A stretch of 64,000 nt of DNA from Vicugna vicugna. Taxonomy: Eukaryota. The notes beneath the pieces were generated by a model. The model had not been told where the DNA came from. It saw only the letters and a program-made list of their open reading frames with translations, and ran no database searches. The translations under genes and the position numbers were made by a program. Positions 62,789 through 64,000 of this stretch are shown one piece after another (positions within the stretch are counted from its first letter, which is position 1; each line of letters opens with the position of its first letter). The stretch is taken from contig MU062062.1 in NCBI GenBank assembly GCA_013265495.1, positions 281,651 to 345,650 on the forward strand, written 5' to 3'.

Positions 62789-64000
62789 TGAGACTTTTAT
62801 GGAATAATGACGTGACATTGAACAAAACAGGAGGCATTTCCTGGAAAGCCTACAGGTCATGTCTGGCAACCGAAGGACTTGAAGTCTACCTGGGGAAAAA
62901 AAAAAAAGCAAAACTCTCAGTCAAAACAAAGGCAAAAATCAGGAGATGTTCGAGTTTACAAAAAATGCAGATGCTACCAAGATCATATTCCTTTTTTTGG
63001 ACTGTAGCAGGACATCATTACAAAGTGTGAGTTACGAAGTATCATAATCCACTTTGGTGTATGAAAAGTAAACTTGAATAGAAGCCTATACCACAAAGCG
63101 TTCAAAGTTGTGACGAGTGGGTGTCACCAACACGGCAGATTTTAGACTTTCTCTCCTCACTTCTCTAGAGATGGGGGCGCGTGCTTCTAAGGGCAGAGCG
63201 GTTCTCATCCATTCATTCCGCGTGCTTCTCAAGCCCACGAACTCTACCAGGAGCAGCGCTGCGCCCAGGGAGACAGTGGTGGGAAAACTGGAGTCTGGGG
63301 CTCTGGGATTCACAGATGCCCTGTTTTACCCTTACAGAATGCTCTAGCTACCAAAGTGTGTTCTTACCCTTGATCACTGTGTGATGGAGGGAAAAAGCGC
63401 TTAGAGGTTTTGAACTGTCGAGCTGGAAGTCTACCGGAAGCCGCTGATAAATTTCATGTTATTCTTGACTGAAAGTACCCACCGCTTGCAAGGACATGGA
63501 AAGATTTTCTTTCCAATGTTTCCATCGCTGTACAAAATCAGCGTATCACACTGTTGCTGTATTTTATGTATAAAGTACCGCTAAAACCCTGTAGCCAGGG
63601 CCATCATTGTTTTTTTTCTCCCTGTAATCATGAGCTGAGCAACAACAACTGGGAAAATGTACAAATATTAAGCCCTGGACATCCTGCTGGCACCACAAGG
63701 GGAAAACACCACACATATCTGCGTGTCCTGCAGAAACAGAGAGTTGGTGGGAATTTGGAGGAGAAGGGGTAGCGACCACATTAAGTATATAGGCCGTTTA
63801 GACGCTGCACCTATGAAAAATAAAGGGTAAATATTCTTAAAGTATTCTCTTTTTTTACTTATCCTATTTGCATCTAAATGGAAGTCCTTGACCATAATTT
63901 AATAAAAATTATGCTTAGAAAGTTCATTTTAGTAATTCGTAGTTCTTAAATAGTGGCCATTTGAATAAAATTATTACCCCAGAGTTCAGCCGCTTCTCCA

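Noticed and set aside
1-64000. CRISPR arrays, operons or other prokaryotic systems; rRNA genes
   Set aside because: The sequence is eutherian genomic DNA with no regularly spaced repeat-spacer arrays, no operon-like ORF density and no rRNA motifs seen.

Overview
Mammalian genomic DNA, most likely from a camelid. Three copies of a tRNA-derived SINE (head GGGGAGGGTATAGCTCA(A)GTGG) resemble the camelid Vic-1-type SINE as I recall it. The window is repeat-rich and CpG-retaining, like a high-recombination or distal chromosome region. I found no protein-coding gene I could recognise; the long ORFs in the track are mostly CpG-island shadows or repeat-derived. What the sequence supports: degraded L1, L2 and MIR elements, MaLR/ERVL/ERV1/ERV2-type solo LTRs, two hAT MITEs, three promoter-like CpG islands (about 5.8-6.2, 18.9-19.5 and 30.5-31.45 kb), smaller CpG peaks, and several chains of canonical splice signals without recognisable products. 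The most distinctive signal is that several CpG peaks lie inside normally AT-rich transposons (L1 at about 43.7 and 51.1 kb, probably MLT2 at about 19 kb) that appear rewritten by A/T-to-G/C substitutions. Repeat family calls come from recalled consensus sequences rather than a database search, and boundaries without TSDs are approximate.
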